DNA from: Takakia lepidozioides
Taxonomy: Eukaryota > Plantae > Bryophyta
Assembly (NCBI GenBank): GCA_030704615.1
Contig: CM060732.1
Coordinates: 56,296,001 to 56,360,000, forward strand
Reading direction: 5' to 3'
DNA length: 64,000 nucleotides
The position numbers and the translations under genes are program-made. Positions 61,982 to 64,000 of the stretch are shown one piece after another (positions within the stretch are counted from its first letter, which is position 1; the number at the start of each line of letters is the position of its first letter). The notes beneath the pieces were generated by a model. That model worked only from the letters and a program-made list of their open reading frames with translations, ran no database searches and was not told the origin of the DNA.

Positions 61982-64000
61982 ACGGGCAGCCTTGAGACGA
62001 TGACAGGATCGCTGCAGAAGAATCTAGGCACGAAAAAGAGCTAACCTCTAACTCATCGTTACTTGACGAATCAATCAGGCATCATTCATCCCCAGTAGCC
62101 TGAGCAAGCTCTCTACTAAACGCGTGACTCCAACAAAATCCGCTAGTAGTAACTGCAAGTGAAGTATCCGCCGCAAGCTTAATAGCTTTCTGCCGCTCCG
62201 GAATGGTTACACATTCAGCTGAATTATTCACAGACCTGTATAATACCAAGTTATATTATAATAGTGCTAAAACAAACATCATATCTAGCTTAGCACTAGA
62301 AAATTGGACGTCTGATCTCTCTCGAGTGATTGAAACTAAACTCACACTGTTGACACACGGACATGAAATACAACACCATCACTCGTTAAACTAAGAGTCG
62401 AGCCGGGGTACCCCACGCTATGGGGACTCCACCCCACAACATCATATTCTCCCTTCATAAGTACACTCAGATTCTAAGCAGTGAAAGAGCTCGGTCGTGC
62501 AGGCTCAACTCGAGAGAGATGAACCGCACGACTGACGCTCTCGTGAAGATAAGATGGTTCAGGTGTCAAGCTAAACTTGACACCTGACTTAACACTTGAA
62601 CTAAATCCAAGTGTTAAATATAAATAACTAACTTTATTCTAGTTAGTTTCACAGTGTGTTTATTTAACTTGACAAAGTAGAGTGGTAGTTGCTGAAAGAA
62701 AGCGAGACCCAATTGCTCCTCACAATCTAAGCACTATATAATTATGGTCAGTTGTCAAGAGCTTTGGTGTCTTTGGTTGACTCAGGCTGTGTGGTATTTT
62801 TGACTTACAGAGTGTAATTGACAGCGCATTGGCCATAATTGGAGCAGAACAGTAGGGGCCGCCTTTCGTGCTTTCTGAACAAGGTTCTCTGAAACTGCTA
62901 TTGATGGTGTTATTGTGATGAATGGTCTGAAAATTGTCATGCAACCGGGGTGACTTGACCCTTTTTGGCAATTTTCTGAGGGGCAGTTCACGATGGAAGC
63001 TCAGGTCAGCGATAAGCGAGGTATACTTGCATTCTGCGAGGGCTGTGGGGAGAGATTTATATCGTTGGAGGCAAAATTTTGCGCTCACTGTGGACTACCA
63101 CGGAATGCAGCAGCGATGGTCCCTTTCCCATGATGATGGCTCCACTCATGAGAGAAGTGTTTTAAAGCCTGTTTCTTTGCCGGCGGTTGTCCCTGCAATG
63201 CCATATCTACGGAAGTATCATCCTCGCCAGTGGAGGACTTACAAAAACAATTTGCAGCTATTTAGGGAGTGGTTTAGAGACAGGGAGGATCCTCTAGTGA
63301 AGTCTTTCTTCTCAACGAATATGCATCACAATGATTCATCGCAACAACAGGTGAAGAGTTTCATCCGGGAGCGGGAACCAACTCTTGCTGCCTTGCTTTT
63401 TGAGCATCAGGGCACGACAGTTCTGATGCGATAGAAGATCGACGATCTCTACGAAAAATTCAAGGAGTTTAAGCACTCCGAGGGAAAAAAACTTGGCTCA
63501 GTATGTGTTTCCCCCATACCTTGGCTCGGTCCTGCACCTTTAGAAAGATATTAGGGTTGTTGTTCAGGTTCTCTATTGCTTGGATGCTGATGTAAGATCT
63601 TGACTCCTCTTGGCAGGCACTGAACTAAGCTGGTGATTACAATCCCTCCTGCTGAGACTGCTGGGATTGGCACCTCCACTAAGGTTTGTTGCTATCCCTC
63701 TTGCTCTTCATTCTTAAAAAATTGTCTGGGCTATTTTGTGTGGTATTGATTCACCTGCTTCACAACTGCTTCACAAGCAGCCAAATCATCTTTATTTTTC
63801 CAGTTTGATACTCTCTGATACAACAGACCAGTCCAATGGGGATGGCATATCCACAACATGGTTTACCTCCAGGCCAGCTGCCTCCCCAGCAACAGGTATG
63901 ACTTACCAGGCATGACTTACAAATTGGTTCTAGACTACTCTTCAGATAGTTATTTGTTTGTCCAACAATGAAATGCAAAGTTGTCGTTGTCCTGGATTGA

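Larger units (their letters stand above)
38816..62674 (-). mobile_element. DNMT- and PHD-encoding Gypsy copy SDR-3 (minus strand), interrupted by the MULE (39167-51014) and a solo LTR (52243-53342)
   Basis: A1 at 62674-62327 begins TGTCAAGTTAAATAAACAC, the same variant as A2 at 38859-38816. PPT at ~38960-38947, B1 38946-38862, junction GACA-GC-TGTC. gag-pol at 59261-51065. Confidence 0.75.

Noticed and set aside
62934-63434. 166-aa ORF near the window end
   Set aside because: No recognisable motif or gene structure; cannot be assigned.

Overview
Eukaryotic genomic DNA with spliceosomal introns, most likely from a non-seed land plant (bryophyte-like; inferred from gene content). One clear host gene is present: an 8-exon lycopene beta-cyclase at 26418-30504 (-). 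It is surrounded by deeply nested transposons, two of which are unusual. (1) A Ty3/Gypsy-type retroelement family, with three copies plus a remnant. Its pol carries a Dnmt3-like C5-cytosine methyltransferase between protease and RT, and a PHD finger after integrase. Its integrated form is not LTR-internal-LTR but a split-direct-repeat layout, A1-ORFs-B1-A2-B2, with TGTC...GACA ends and 4-bp TSDs. It also has a covarying self-complementary primer site instead of a tRNA PBS. (2) An 11.8-kb Mutator-like element (39167-51014, 8-bp TSD). It encodes a DDE/SWIM transposase, a spliced ParB/Srx-like protein and a head-to-head pair of unknown paralogues. It also holds about 30 copies of a 27-bp palindrome at 53-bp spacing. 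A truncated sister element next to it carries the C-terminus of a bacterial-type N4/N6 DNA methyltransferase. Also present: a degenerate chromovirus, CACTA fragments (one next to an FCP1/NIF phosphatase domain), a solo LTR and an intronless atypical bHLH ORF. All calls were made by eye from motifs; no database searches were run.
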